64,000 bases of DNA from Candidatus Methylomirabilia bacterium (GTDB taxonomy: Bacteria > Methylomirabilota > Methylomirabilia > Rokubacteriales > CSP1-6): positions 1,373 to 65,372 of the forward strand of contig JBGPXN010000004.1 of NCBI GenBank assembly GCA_041492755.1, written 5' to 3'. Shown here piece by piece: positions 1 to 10,610 of the stretch (positions are counted from its first letter, which is position 1; the number at the start of each line of letters is the position of its first letter). The notes beneath the pieces were generated by a model, which saw only the letters and a list, made by a program, of their open reading frames with translations, had not been told where the DNA came from and did not search any database. A program made the position numbers and the translations under genes.

Positions 1-91
1 AGGCGCTCGCGCAGCTGAAGACCGATGGCGTGATCTGACGCGTGAACGATCGATCGGAGTGACGACGACTCTTCCTCGACGGAGGTCGCAC

Positions 92-592
92 ATGGCGTAC
101 ACACTGGAGCAGTTCTCGGCCGAGTTGCGGCGCATCCTCACGGCGAAGCCGGGGCCCGAAGGCCGGCAGCAGGTATGCTCGCTCGTCCAGGAGGTGCTGA
201 AGGACGATGCCTTCATCGCCCGCCACCTCACCGACGACGTGCCGGAGCGCAAGATCCTCTACGAAGATCCCGAGCTCGGCTTCTGCATCCTCGCCCACAA
301 CTATCGTGGCGCGAAGGAGAGCAATCCGCACGACCACGGACCGCACTGGGCGATCTACGGGCAGGCGCGGGGCGAGACGGAGATGACGGACTGGGCGCTC
401 GTCGAGCCTGCCGCGGAGAACAAGCCGGGCAAGGTGCGTCGGGTGCGCACCTATCGGCTCAAGCCGGGGATGGCGTACGTCTACAACGAAGGCGATCTGC
501 ATTCGCCGCGCCGCGAGGGGCCGACCGGATTGATCCGGATCGAAGCGCGCAACATGGACACGGTTCGCCGCCTGTCCTACGAGGCGGTCTAG
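92..592 (+). CDS. cupin-fold protein (cysteine-dioxygenase-type-I-like)
   Basis: Lies in ORF 59..592. ATG at 92 is preceded by GGAGGT (81-86). His-rich cupin core NPHDHGPHWAIYG and GDLHSP. Confidence 0.55.
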   Translation: MAYTLEQFSAELRRILTAKPGPEGRQQVCSLVQEVLKDDAFIARHLTDDVPERKILYEDPELGFCILAHNYRGAKESNPHDHGPHWAIYGQARGETEMTDWALVEPAAENKPGKVRRVRTYRLKPGMAYVYNEGDLHSPRREGPTGLIRIEARNMDTVRRLSYEAV

Positions 593-607
593 CGGTTACT
601 CCCGCAA

Positions 608-1045
608 GTGGCAGATCCGGACAGCGCGGCGCTTCGACACCGGCTCGCGCAGGCGGGCGCGTGGCTGTTCTTCATCGGTCTGGTCACGGGACTGTGGTCG
701 GCCGCGGCCCTGACTGGCAAGGTGACGGTCGCGATTCCGCGTATGGCCCTGGCCGCGCACCTGAACGGACTGCTGGGCGGCCTGTGGTTGATCGCCGTGG
801 CCTGGACCCTCGACTTCCTTCGCTACCGTGAGCGCGGCCGCCGCCGCCTCGCGCTCCTCGTCTCCACGGCGACGTGGGGAAACTGGCTCATCACGTTGAT
901 CGCGTCGGTCCTCGGCGTGCGCGGCCTCGAGTACACCGGCGCGCTCGCCAACGACGTCGTCGCCGCGCTCCTGCAGCTCTTCGTCGTCCTGCCGGCCCTC
1001 ATCGGCGCCGGCGCGTGGGCCTGGGGATTCGGGCCGCGCCGATGA
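608..1045 (+). CDS. small integral membrane protein, unknown function
   Basis: ORF 608..1045. Four hydrophobic segments (WLFFIGLVTGLW, LLGGLWLIAVAW, WLITLIASVLG, LLQLFVVLPALIGAG). Follows the cupin gene by 15 nt. Confidence 0.5.
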   Translation: MADPDSAALRHRLAQAGAWLFFIGLVTGLWSAAALTGKVTVAIPRMALAAHLNGLLGGLWLIAVAWTLDFLRYRERGRRRLALLVSTATWGNWLITLIASVLGVRGLEYTGALANDVVAALLQLFVVLPALIGAGAWAWGFGPRR

Positions 1046-1158
1046 GTCGTCGACCCCATCAGGGCTGACGCCGCGCGACCTTCGCGGCGCCGAACCTTGA
1101 CGGAGAGCCCGCTCCTCGGGCTATGATGCAGCCCACTTCCTGGGAGGAGATGAGAATC

Positions 1159-3144
1159 ATGGCGGACGCCCCGCGCAGTAGTGCAACGGCCGAGCCTTTC
1201 CGGACGACCGATCAGCCGGCACCGCCGTGCATCCTCGTGATTTTTGGCGCTTCCGGTGACCTGACCAAGCGCCTGCTCATGCCCGCTCTGTACAATCTGG
1301 CCTGCGACGGCCTGCTCTCCAAGAAGTTCGCGCTGATCGGCACCGCGATGGACGACCTGACCACCGAGCAGTTTCGTAGCAAGATGTCGACCGACATCAA
1401 GCAGTTCTCGACGCGCAAGACCTTCGACGAGGACGTCTGGAAGGACCTCGCCGGCCGCTTGCACTACACCCCCGGCAAGTTCGACGACGTCAAGGCGTAC
1501 GAGAAGCTGCGCGACATCATCAAGCGGCTCGACGCCGAGCAGGACACCGGCGGCAACATCGTCTACTACTTCGCGACGCCGCCGGTGGTGTTCGGCATGA
1601 TCTCCGACCACCTCGCCAAGGTCGGCATGATCGCCGGTGATCGCGGCTGGCGGCGGGTCATCGTCGAGAAGCCGTTCGGCGCCGACCTGCCGTCGGCGAT
1701 GGAACTGAACAAGGTCCTCCTCAAGAACTGGAAAGAGGAGCAGATCTTCCGGATCGACCACTACCTGGGCAAGGAGACCGTGCAGAACCTCCTCGCCTTC
1801 CGCTTCTCCAACGGGATCTTCGAGCCGTTGTGGAACAAGGCCCACATCGACCACATCCAGTTCACCGTCTCGGAGATCGTCGGCGTGGAGGGACGCGGCG
1901 GCTACTACGAGCGGTCGGGCGTGCTGCGGGACATGATGCAGAACCACATGTTCCAGATGCTGGCCTACCTGTGCATGGAGCCGCCGTCCTCCTTCAAGCC
2001 GGACGCGATCCGGAACGAGAAGTCGAAGGTCCTCGACGCCGTGCGGGTGATGACTCCCGACGAGGTCAGGCAGAACACCGTGCGCGGGCAGTACGGCCCG
2101 GGCAAGAAGGCGGACGGCAAGGACACGGTCGGCTACCGCGAAGAGTCGGACGTCAATCCCCAGTCCCGGACGGAGACGTTCGCGGCCGCGAAGCTCTTCA
2201 TTGACAACTGGCGCTGGGAGGGGGTGCCGATCTACCTCCGCTCCGGCAAGGCGCTCTGGCGGCGCGGCACGGAGATCCTCGTGCAGTTCAAGAAGGCGCC
2301 CGAGGTCATCTTCCGCGACACGCCGGCCGTGCGGAAGCTGGAGTCCAACCAGATCATCTTCCACATCCAGCCCGACCAGGGGATCGAGCTGCGCTTCCAG
2401 GCCAAGACGCCGGGCCCGACCATGGCGCTGCAGAAGGTGAACATGCGGTTCGACTACAAGGAGGCCTTCGAGGCCTCGCGCGGCACCGGCTACGAGGTGA
2501 TGATCTACAGCTGCATGGCCGGCGACGCGATGCTCTTCTCCCGTAGCGACCTCGTGGAGACCGCGTGGCGGATCGCGCAGCCCATGCTCGACCTCTGGAG
2601 CAAGACGCCGGCGGACGAGTTTCCGAACTATCCGGCGGGGTCGTGGGGGCCCAAGGCATCGTTCGATCTCATCGAGCGCGACGGCCGGCGGTGGATGGAG
2701 GCCGTCAACCGCGGCGTGATCGAGAAGGTGCCGCTCTTCGCCGGCTGCGACGAGGTGTTCCATCACCAGCTCGCCATGGTGCTCAAGCCCGACGTCTTCG
2801 CGCCGGGGGATTTCATCATCAGAAAGGGTGACGTCGGGCAGGAGATGTACTTCGTGGTCGGCGGCGACGTGGATGTGCTCGACGGCGACAAGGTGCTCGC
2901 CACCCTGGGCCCGGGCAGCAACTTCGGTGAGACAAGCCTGCTGCTTTCCGAGAAGCGCACCGCGTCCATCCGCGCCAAGACCTACTGCGACCTGTTCGTG
3001 CTCGACAAGGCCGATTTCAACAAGGTGCTCCGCGATCATCCGCAGTTCGCCAAGTCGATTCTCGAGATCGCGCAGACGCGCTACAAGGTCAGCGTCAAGG
3101 CCGACCAGGCCTTCGACAAGACCGTCAGCCGCTTGATGGAGTAG
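1159..3144 (+). CDS. zwf: glucose-6-phosphate dehydrogenase fused to a C-terminal cyclic-nucleotide-binding domain
   Basis: GGGAGGAG RBS then ATG 1159. G6PD motifs FGASGDLTKR and RIDHYLGKE. From about nt 2728 a cNMP-binding fold: VPLFAGC..., GDFIIRKGD, FGETSLL..KRTASIRA. Confidence 0.9.
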   Translation: MADAPRSSATAEPFRTTDQPAPPCILVIFGASGDLTKRLLMPALYNLACDGLLSKKFALIGTAMDDLTTEQFRSKMSTDIKQFSTRKTFDEDVWKDLAGRLHYTPGKFDDVKAYEKLRDIIKRLDAEQDTGGNIVYYFATPPVVFGMISDHLAKVGMIAGDRGWRRVIVEKPFGADLPSAMELNKVLLKNWKEEQIFRIDHYLGKETVQNLLAFRFSNGIFEPLWNKAHIDHIQFTVSEIVGVEGRGGYYERSGVLRDMMQNHMFQMLAYLCMEPPSSFKPDAIRNEKSKVLDAVRVMTPDEVRQNTVRGQYGPGKKADGKDTVGYREESDVNPQSRTETFAAAKLFIDNWRWEGVPIYLRSGKALWRRGTEILVQFKKAPEVIFRDTPAVRKLESNQIIFHIQPDQGIELRFQAKTPGPTMALQKVNMRFDYKEAFEASRGTGYEVMIYSCMAGDAMLFSRSDLVETAWRIAQPMLDLWSKTPADEFPNYPAGSWGPKASFDLIERDGRRWMEAVNRGVIEKVPLFAGCDEVFHHQLAMVLKPDVFAPGDFIIRKGDVGQEMYFVVGGDVDVLDGDKVLATLGPGSNFGETSLLLSEKRTASIRAKTYCDLFVLDKADFNKVLRDHPQFAKSILEIAQTRYKVSVKADQAFDKTVSRLME

Positions 3145-3171
3145 GCGGCGGCCAGCGCCGCCGTCGATTCC

Positions 3172-4056
3172 ATGACCGATCGCCGCGGCCTCGCGATTGT
3201 CGTCGCCACCGACGGCTCACCCTCGGGCCGCGCGGCGGTGGCGACCGCGCTCGAGTTCCCCTGGCCCCCGGGCACCCGCGCCGCCGGCGTCGTCTCGCGC
3301 CGTACCCGGGCCACCCGAGGCCGCCCGGGGTACGTGGTCCTCGCATTCGAGCGGCACTTCGACGCGGTCGCCGCCCGTACCCTCCGCATGCTCCGACGGC
3401 GCTGGCCGGACGCGCAGGTCCGGGTCCTCGACGCGCCGCCCGTCGAGGCCATTCTCGACGTTGCGCGCCGTGAGCCCGCGGACGCGATCGTGCTCGGCTG
3501 GCGCGGACACGGCGCGATCCGCCGCCTCCTGATGGGCAGCGTCTCGCGTGGGGTGGTTCGCCGCGCGACCTCACCCGTGCTCGTGGTTCCGAAGCGCCGG
3601 ACCCGTGTGCGTCAGTTCGTGATCGGCATCGACGGCTCGGCGCTCGCCCAGCGCGCGGCGGCGTTCGTGGCCCGGCTGCGTCCACCCGCGGGCGGGCGCG
3701 TGCTTTTGCTCGCAGCGCTGGAGCCCGTCACGCTACCGTCGAGCGCATTCCTGCCCCGCGCCGTCGCCGCCACCATCAAGCGCGAGCTGGCCGCCGCGGA
3801 AGCGGAGTCCCGGCGCCGGCTGCAGGACCAGCTCGACCGCGCGGCGGGATTGCTGAACAAGGCGGGATGGCGCGCTCGCACGGCCGTACGTTCGGGCCCA
3901 CCGCTCTCCGTACTCCTCGACGCTGTCCGTGCCGAGCGGGCCGACGTGCTCGCGCTCGGCGCACGCGGCAGCGGCGGGGTGGAGCGGCTCGTGCTCGGCA
4001 GCGTCGCCGGCGGCGCGCTGAACCGCTGCCCCGTGCCCGTGCTCGTCGTCCGCTGA
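3172..4056 (+). CDS. universal stress protein, tandem USP domains
   Basis: Two USP-like halves, each ending in the typical strand (SPVLVVPKR and CPVPVLVVR), with GSVS/GSVA motifs. Confidence 0.8.
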   Translation: MTDRRGLAIVVATDGSPSGRAAVATALEFPWPPGTRAAGVVSRRTRATRGRPGYVVLAFERHFDAVAARTLRMLRRRWPDAQVRVLDAPPVEAILDVARREPADAIVLGWRGHGAIRRLLMGSVSRGVVRRATSPVLVVPKRRTRVRQFVIGIDGSALAQRAAAFVARLRPPAGGRVLLLAALEPVTLPSSAFLPRAVAATIKRELAAAEAESRRRLQDQLDRAAGLLNKAGWRARTAVRSGPPLSVLLDAVRAERADVLALGARGSGGVERLVLGSVAGGALNRCPVPVLVVR

Positions 4057-4127
4057 CCCGCGGCGCCAGTCCAACGTCGTCGCTGCCACGCGATCCGCGC
4101 GGCTAGGCTAGGAGCCTGTCGGAGTAA

Positions 4128-4210
4128 CCGAGAACGAGGAGCGCCCCGGGTGCCCCGGGGCGCTTCCGAGCGCTGGGGGGGTATGGGGGGCCATATCGGG
4201 GCCCCCCATG
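4128..4210 (-). repeat. GC-rich palindromic intergenic repeat, family A, copy 1
   Basis: Its reverse complement aligns by eye over ~83 nt with 54386..54469 (CATGGGGGGCC..GATATGGCC..CCATACCCCCCCA..GCTCGGAAGCGCCCCGG..GCTCCTCG.TCTC.GG). Internal hairpins GGGGGGCC/GGCCCCCC and GCGCCCCGG/CCGGGGCGC. Starts 4 nt after the stop of the 4214..4618 gene. Confidence 0.75.
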
Positions 4211-4213
4211 TCA

Positions 4214-4618
4214 CTAGACCACCGGCAGGTCGCGGCGCCAGCGGCACGGCGCCGTCGACGTCCGGGCCGACGATTCCTCGCGATCGAGTACGCTGGCGTC
4301 GATCCAGATCGGCGTGCGCGTGCGGGGGCTCGGATCCACGGCGACCAGCTCGGTGCCGCGCCAAACCACCGCCACCTCGCTCTCCCCGCTCTTGTAGAGC
4401 ACCCACGCCGCGTTCGCGGACGAGCCGTCCGCGCGCGGGATGCGGAGCGGACGGAATGCATGCACCGGCCACGCGAAGAACTCAGCGCTGACGCCGGGCG
4501 GCAGGCAGCGCACCTCGGTCCTGGGCGACGCAGCAACCGGCGCTTCGACGCGTCCGGCGCATCCGGCCGCCAGCGCGCCGGTTACCAGCAGCATACCGAT
4601 GGTGACGCGTGGCCGCAT
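4214..4618 (-). CDS. putative lipoprotein
   Basis: N-terminus MRPRVTIGMLLVTGALAAGC is a signal peptide plus lipobox. No recognisable domain. Confidence 0.55.
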   Translation of the reverse strand: MRPRVTIGMLLVTGALAAGCAGRVEAPVAASPRTEVRCLPPGVSAEFFAWPVHAFRPLRIPRADGSSANAAWVLYKSGESEVAVVWRGTELVAVDPSPRTRTPIWIDASVLDREESSARTSTAPCRWRRDLPVV

Positions 4619-4702
4619 GGTTCAGGCGCCCACGATCGTTCCGATCATGGACGCCTTGCTGGCGCAACTTTGGTGCCGGCGACTCTGCCGGGTCCGCGGG
4701 TC

Positions 4703-6130
4703 CTAGCCCGTGGTCGGTGGGATCGCGACGTACAGCGAGGCGGCGCCCCGCTGCAGCTTGACCGTCGTGGGCTGCTCGCGCTTGGTCGCGCGGGTCAGCC
4801 GGTGGAAGTCGGCCGTCGACTTGACGGGCTTGCGGTCGATCTCGCGGATGACGTCGCCCCGGCGGATGCCCGCCTTCTCGGCGGCGCTACCGCTCGCCAC
4901 GCCCTCCACGAGGACGCCCTCCGTCGACGGCAGCTCGAGCTCGCGGGCAACCTCCGCGGTGACCGGCCTCACCGTGAGCCCGAGCGCCTGACGGTCGCTG
5001 GCTCCGGTCGCCATCGCCTGACCCTCGCCCGGCTGCTCGACCATCCGGACGTCGAGCGCGCGCTCCTGGCCGTCGCGCCAGACTTTGAGCTTCGCCGTCT
5101 GCCCCGGGGCAGCCATGCCGACGGCGCGCGCCAGGTCACCGGGCTCGTCGACCTTCTGACCGTTGTATTCCAGAATGATGTCGCCCGACTTCACGCCGGC
5201 CGCGGCGGCCGGGCTGTCGGCCACCACGTCGGCCACGAGCGCGCCCTTGCGGTCCTTGGCGCCGAACGAGGCGGCCAGCTCGGACGTGAGTGGCTGCATC
5301 GACACGCCGAGCCAGCCCCGCGTGACCTTGCCCTTGGCCGTCAGCTCGGCCGAGACGCGCTTGACCAGCGAGGACGGGATCGCGAAGCCGATGCCGGACC
5401 CCCCGCGGACGATCGCGGTGTTGATGCCGACCACCTCGCCGCGCACGTTCACGAGCGGGCCGCCGGAGTTGCCGGGATTGATGGCGGCGTCGGTCTGTAG
5501 GAAATCGTCATAGGGGCCGGCGCCGATATGCCGCGCCTTGGCGCTGATGATGCCGGCGGTCACGGTGGCCTGCAGCCCGAACGGCGAGCCGACGGCGATG
5601 ACCCAGTCGCCCACGCGCGTCTCGTCGGAATCGCCGAGCGGGAGGGCGGGGAAGTCGGTCTTTCCGTTGCCGATCCGCAACACGGCGAGATCGGTCTTCT
5701 TGTCGACACCGAGGACCTTCGCCCCGTACTTGCTGCCGTCCAGCGTCACGACTTCGATCTGGCTGGCGCTGTCCACGACGTGGGCGTTGGTGAGCGCGAT
5801 GCCGGACGGATCGATGATCACCCCCGAGCCGAGACTGCGACGCGGGAGACGCTCCGGCGCGTCACCGAAGAACCGCTTGAACAAATCCTCGCCGAAATGC
5901 TCCTCCGGCGCCGTGCGCCCAGCGGTCTTGCCCTGGGTCGCCACGTTGATCACCGCGGGCTTCACCGCGTCCGCGAGCTTCGCGAACGTGCTTCCCTCGA
6001 GAGGACCGGCGGCCTGAAGCAGGGCGGGCGCTGGGCCTGGTGCGGCCAGGCTCGAGCCCAGGCTGCTGACCCCGACTCCAACCCCCAGTCCGAAGACCAG
6101 GGCCAGGACGATAGCCATCGAACGCTTCAT
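4703..6130 (-). CDS. htrA: Do/DegP/HtrA-family periplasmic serine protease with two PDZ domains
   Basis: Lies in ORF 4703..6229. GAGGAGG RBS then ATG at 6130 (MKRSMAIVLALVFG signal). Catalytic motifs TNAHVV, DLAVLR, GNSGGPLVN. Two PDZ-like C-terminal segments. Confidence 0.9.
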   Translation of the reverse strand: MKRSMAIVLALVFGLGVGVGVSSLGSSLAAPGPAPALLQAAGPLEGSTFAKLADAVKPAVINVATQGKTAGRTAPEEHFGEDLFKRFFGDAPERLPRRSLGSGVIIDPSGIALTNAHVVDSASQIEVVTLDGSKYGAKVLGVDKKTDLAVLRIGNGKTDFPALPLGDSDETRVGDWVIAVGSPFGLQATVTAGIISAKARHIGAGPYDDFLQTDAAINPGNSGGPLVNVRGEVVGINTAIVRGGSGIGFAIPSSLVKRVSAELTAKGKVTRGWLGVSMQPLTSELAASFGAKDRKGALVADVVADSPAAAAGVKSGDIILEYNGQKVDEPGDLARAVGMAAPGQTAKLKVWRDGQERALDVRMVEQPGEGQAMATGASDRQALGLTVRPVTAEVARELELPSTEGVLVEGVASGSAAEKAGIRRGDVIREIDRKPVKSTADFHRLTRATKREQPTTVKLQRGAASLYVAIPPTTG

Positions 6131-6359
6131 CTCAATGAACCTCCTCGTGACAGACCGGTTAGTCGTGGGCCGACACCCGAGCCGGCCCGGCCTTGCAGGA
6201 TGGACGGACGACCCACCCCGTTGATTCACCCTCCGTCCGCTGCTTCACCCCAGAGCCGGCTGGCCGGCCTGAATCGCGAGCACGGGAGTTGCAGCTCTCG
6301 TCCGGGATGCGCCCAGGGAAGGAGAACGCCGTGGCCAAGCGGTGCGGGAACGATCCCGG

Positions 6360-7940
6360 TCAGCGGCGGCGTATTTGCCCCGCGACGACTTCTTCCGTGC
6401 CGCCCATGTTGCCGAAGCCGGAGACGAACGGCTCGACGCCGAAGCTCGATCCCGTCGACCGACCCACGAACCACTCGCCCGTGACCCGATCGTGCACGGC
6501 GGCATCGGCTCGCCCATCGCCGGTGACGTCACCGACGAAGGCTTCTTCGCGCGCCGCGCCAAGGTTGCCGAAGCCGACTGCCCACAGCTCGACGGCGAAG
6601 CTGCTGCCGGTCGAGCGGCCGATGAACCAGCCCCCGGTTTGTCGGTTGTGGATGGCGACGTCGGCCTTGCCGTCGCCGGTGAAGTCGGCGGCGAACGTCT
6701 CTTCGGGATCGCCGGCGTTGCCGAATCCCGCCGCCCACTGCTCGACGGTGAAGGCGGTGCCCGTGGACCGGCCGATGAACCAGTCGCCCGTTTGCCGGTT
6801 GTGAATGGCGACGTCGGCCTTGCCGTCGCCGGTGAAGTCGCCGACGAAGACTTCCTCCACCGCAGAGCCGAGCGTGCCGAAGCGCGAGACCCACGGCTCG
6901 ACCGTGAAGCTGCTGCCGGTGGACCGGCCGACGAACCAGTCGCCCGTCTGTCGGTTGTGGATGGCGACGTCGGCCTTGCCATCGCCGGTGAAGTCGCCGA
7001 CGAAGGCCTCTTCGACGTCGCCGAGCGTGCCGAAGCGCGCCGCCCATTGCGTGATCGCGAAGGCGGCGCCCGTGGAGCGGCCCACGAACCAGTCGCCCGT
7101 GAATCGGTTGCGGATGGCGGCGTCCACGCGGCCGTCACCGGTGAAGTCGCCGGTCAGGGTCTCCTCCGCCGCGCCGCCGGTGCCGAACCCCGCCGCCCAC
7201 TGCTCGATGGTGAAGGTCGTGCCGGTCGAGCGGCCGATGAACCACTGACCGCTGGTGCGATCGTGGATGGCGAGGTCCGTGCGTCCGTCGCCGCTGAAGT
7301 CCCCGGAGAACGCTTCTTCGGCGAGCGGGCCGCGGTTGCCGAAGCCGGTCACCCAGAGGGCTGGAACGAAGCGGCCTCCGCTGGAGCGGCCGACGAACCA
7401 GTTCCCCGACGTCCGATCGTGGATGACGGTGTCGGCGTGGCCATCGCCGTCGAAATCCGGGGCGCGGGTGACGTCCACGGCGGCGACCGATCCCGCGAGC
7501 TGACAGGAGTCCGCCGGCGTCAGCGTGAATTGCATCGTGAGCGTGTTGCCGGACACGGCGCCCGTGAAAGCGCCGGAGCCTTGGGCCGGCAGGAGGCCGG
7601 GCACCGTGGCGATATAGGTGAAGGAGCCGCTCAGCGAGCCTTGCCAGCCGATCGTGCCCGTCAGCGTCGCCGTGGCGGTCGCGGTGACGCCGGCGACCGT
7701 CGTGGTGAGCGTCGACACTCCGACGACGACCGAACCGGACCCGGAGGTGAAGATCACGCCGGCCGTCAGCGACACGCTGGCGTCGTCGTTCGGATCGGCG
7801 CACGACGTTCGGCTCAGCGCCCCCGAGCCCGTATACGTTCCGAGCACGGGCGGATTCGTCTGCGCCTGACTGGAGGGAGCGGCCAGGAACGTCGCGAAGG
7901 CGGCGACGGCGAGACCCTTCAGCTTCAACCCCGTCATCAT
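6360..7940 (-). CDS. secreted FG-GAP/VCBS-repeat protein (seven repeats, probable beta-propeller)
   Basis: Lies in ORF 6360..8150. ATGATG at 7940 gives the signal peptide MMTGLKLKGLAVAAFATFLAAPSSQAQ. C-terminal seven copies of ~51-52 aa: GDFTGDGKADVAIHNRQTGDWF(V/I)GRSTG..F....W...FG. Confidence 0.85.
   Translation of the reverse strand: MMTGLKLKGLAVAAFATFLAAPSSQAQTNPPVLGTYTGSGALSRTSCADPNDDASVSLTAGVIFTSGSGSVVVGVSTLTTTVAGVTATATATLTGTIGWQGSLSGSFTYIATVPGLLPAQGSGAFTGAVSGNTLTMQFTLTPADSCQLAGSVAAVDVTRAPDFDGDGHADTVIHDRTSGNWFVGRSSGGRFVPALWVTGFGNRGPLAEEAFSGDFSGDGRTDLAIHDRTSGQWFIGRSTGTTFTIEQWAAGFGTGGAAEETLTGDFTGDGRVDAAIRNRFTGDWFVGRSTGAAFAITQWAARFGTLGDVEEAFVGDFTGDGKADVAIHNRQTGDWFVGRSTGSSFTVEPWVSRFGTLGSAVEEVFVGDFTGDGKADVAIHNRQTGDWFIGRSTGTAFTVEQWAAGFGNAGDPEETFAADFTGDGKADVAIHNRQTGGWFIGRSTGSSFAVELWAVGFGNLGAAREEAFVGDVTGDGRADAAVHDRVTGEWFVGRSTGSSFGVEPFVSGFGNMGGTEEVVAGQIRRR
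6363..7460 (-). repeat. in-frame tandem coding repeats (period ~153-156 bp) of the FG-GAP protein
   Basis: GTG(G/A)ATGGCGACGTCGGCCTTGCC(G/A)TCGCCGGTGAAGTCG recurs near 6648, 6801 and 6957. The central three units are nearly identical at DNA level. Confidence 0.85.
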
Positions 7941-8213
7941 CGCACACGGCCGGGCCTGTCCCCAAACCCGCGGGCGCGGGGGTATCATCCCGGCACACCG
8001 ACTCACGTTCGGAGGACCGCCGCTCCTCACCCTGGCGCTCCGCGCTCGGCATGGTCGCCATGGGCCGCCTTCGCCGCCTTCCCGAATCGTCACGGCTCGC
8101 CGGCGGCCGTCGCTGAGCGTTCGAGTCACGTCGTCCCCCTCGCCGCGCACCCTCCCGGCTGGCGCGCGCGGGATCGTGATCGGAGAGATCTAGCGCCGGC
8201 GGTCGCCGGAACG

Positions 8214-8921
8214 TCAGGACGGCGTGCGGATGGCGAGCAGGGCGACGGCGTGGACGACCGGGTGGGACGTCACCTGCTCGGCGTCCGCGGCTGGCGTCGG
8301 GCCCCAGGCGCCGCCGGCGTCGCGGGCGATGCAGATCAGCTCCTCGCGCCGAAATCCCTCGGTGAGGGTGCGCAGCCCGGAGTCGTCGTAGACGCGATGG
8401 CCGGGGCCGCCGGCGGGACGGCCGAAGGGCACGGTGAGGAGGAACCGTCCGCCCGGTCTGAGGAGTCGCAGGATCTCGCGCACGGCGGCGCGGTCGCCCC
8501 CGGGGTCGGCGGATTCGGCATAGAAGCCGAGCCCGACGTGCTCGATGGTCGAGAGCGCGACGGCGGTGTCGAAGGTGTTCGCGGGCAGCGAGCAGCGGCG
8601 GATGTCCTCGCGCAGAGACGTGATGCGCGGATGGCGGAGCGGGTAGGGACGAAGGTCGAGGGCCGTCACGTCGTACCCCAGGCTCGCGAGCTCGAGGGGG
8701 AGCAGACTCTCGCAGCAGCCGATGTCGAGCACGCGGCGGCCCTCGACGCGCGCGTGCACGAACGGGATCTCGACGATGCGCTCGTTGACGTCGGTGACGC
8801 GCGCCTGGCGCCACGTGCCGTCGGTGCGGATCGAACGGTTGAACCAGGCGTGGCTGCGGCGTTCGATCGCCTCGACCGCGCGCCAGAGCACGCGGCCGGC
8901 GAGCAGGCTCTTGAGATCCAT
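8214..8921 (-). CDS. class I SAM-dependent methyltransferase
   Basis: Lies in ORF 8214..9056, with internal ATG 8921 (MDLKSLLAG...). Motif I VLDIGCCES, then LRPGGRFLLTVPFG. Confidence 0.75.
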   Translation of the reverse strand: MDLKSLLAGRVLWRAVEAIERRSHAWFNRSIRTDGTWRQARVTDVNERIVEIPFVHARVEGRRVLDIGCCESLLPLELASLGYDVTALDLRPYPLRHPRITSLREDIRRCSLPANTFDTAVALSTIEHVGLGFYAESADPGGDRAAVREILRLLRPGGRFLLTVPFGRPAGGPGHRVYDDSGLRTLTEGFRREELICIARDAGGAWGPTPAADAEQVTSHPVVHAVALLAIRTPS

Positions 8922-8956
8922 GCGCGGCCATACTGTACGATGTCCGCGGATTCTAG

Positions 8957-10294
<1,338 letters not shown>

Positions 10295-10407
10295 AGGCGG
10301 GTTGCGCCGGCGAAGCCGGCGCCCGAATCGCGGCCCCTCGCGGCGCGCCGTGGTGGGCGGCGTGCGATAATCTCGGCGCTTCGGGGCGAATCCAGGCGAG
10401 GTGTGAG

Positions 10408-10593
10408 ATGCCCAACATCACGGTTCAGTGGTACGCGGGGCGCACGGACGATCAGAAGCGGCAGATCGTGGCCGCCATCACCGACGCCATGGTCACCATC
10501 GGCAAGACGACCGCCGACCAGGTGCACGTCGTGTTTCAGGACGTCGAGAGGTCGAACTGGGGCGTAAACGGCAAGCTCGCGAGCGACAAGTAA
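10408..10593 (+). CDS. 4-oxalocrotonate tautomerase family protein
   Basis: 61 aa starting MPNITVQWYAGRTDDQKRQIV (catalytic Pro after Met). This is the end of spurious ORF 8722..10593. Confidence 0.8.
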   Translation: MPNITVQWYAGRTDDQKRQIVAAITDAMVTIGKTTADQVHVVFQDVERSNWGVNGKLASDK

Positions 10594-10610
10594 GCGCAAC
10601 ACACGAGAGT

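Noticed and set aside
823-3039. 738-aa ORF on the minus strand opposite zwf
   Set aside because: It is antisense to a gene with unmistakable G6PD motifs. The product is Arg/Gly/Leu/His/Asp-rich low-complexity sequence with no motif. This is the typical long open antisense frame of GC-rich DNA.
4108-4210. 34-codon ORF (MGGPDMAPHTPPALGSAPGHPGRSSFS...) and the matching N-terminal extension of msrQ from ATG 54387
   Set aside because: The two copies differ by nine codon changes, of which eight are non-synonymous. This is the pattern of a non-coding DNA repeat, not a conserved peptide. The msrQ start was therefore moved to GTG 54471.
6400-7400. Regular ~155-bp tandem repeats considered as a CRISPR array or satellite
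   Set aside because: The period is far too long and there are no unique spacers. The repeats are in frame and encode FG-GAP units of a signal-peptide-bearing protein.
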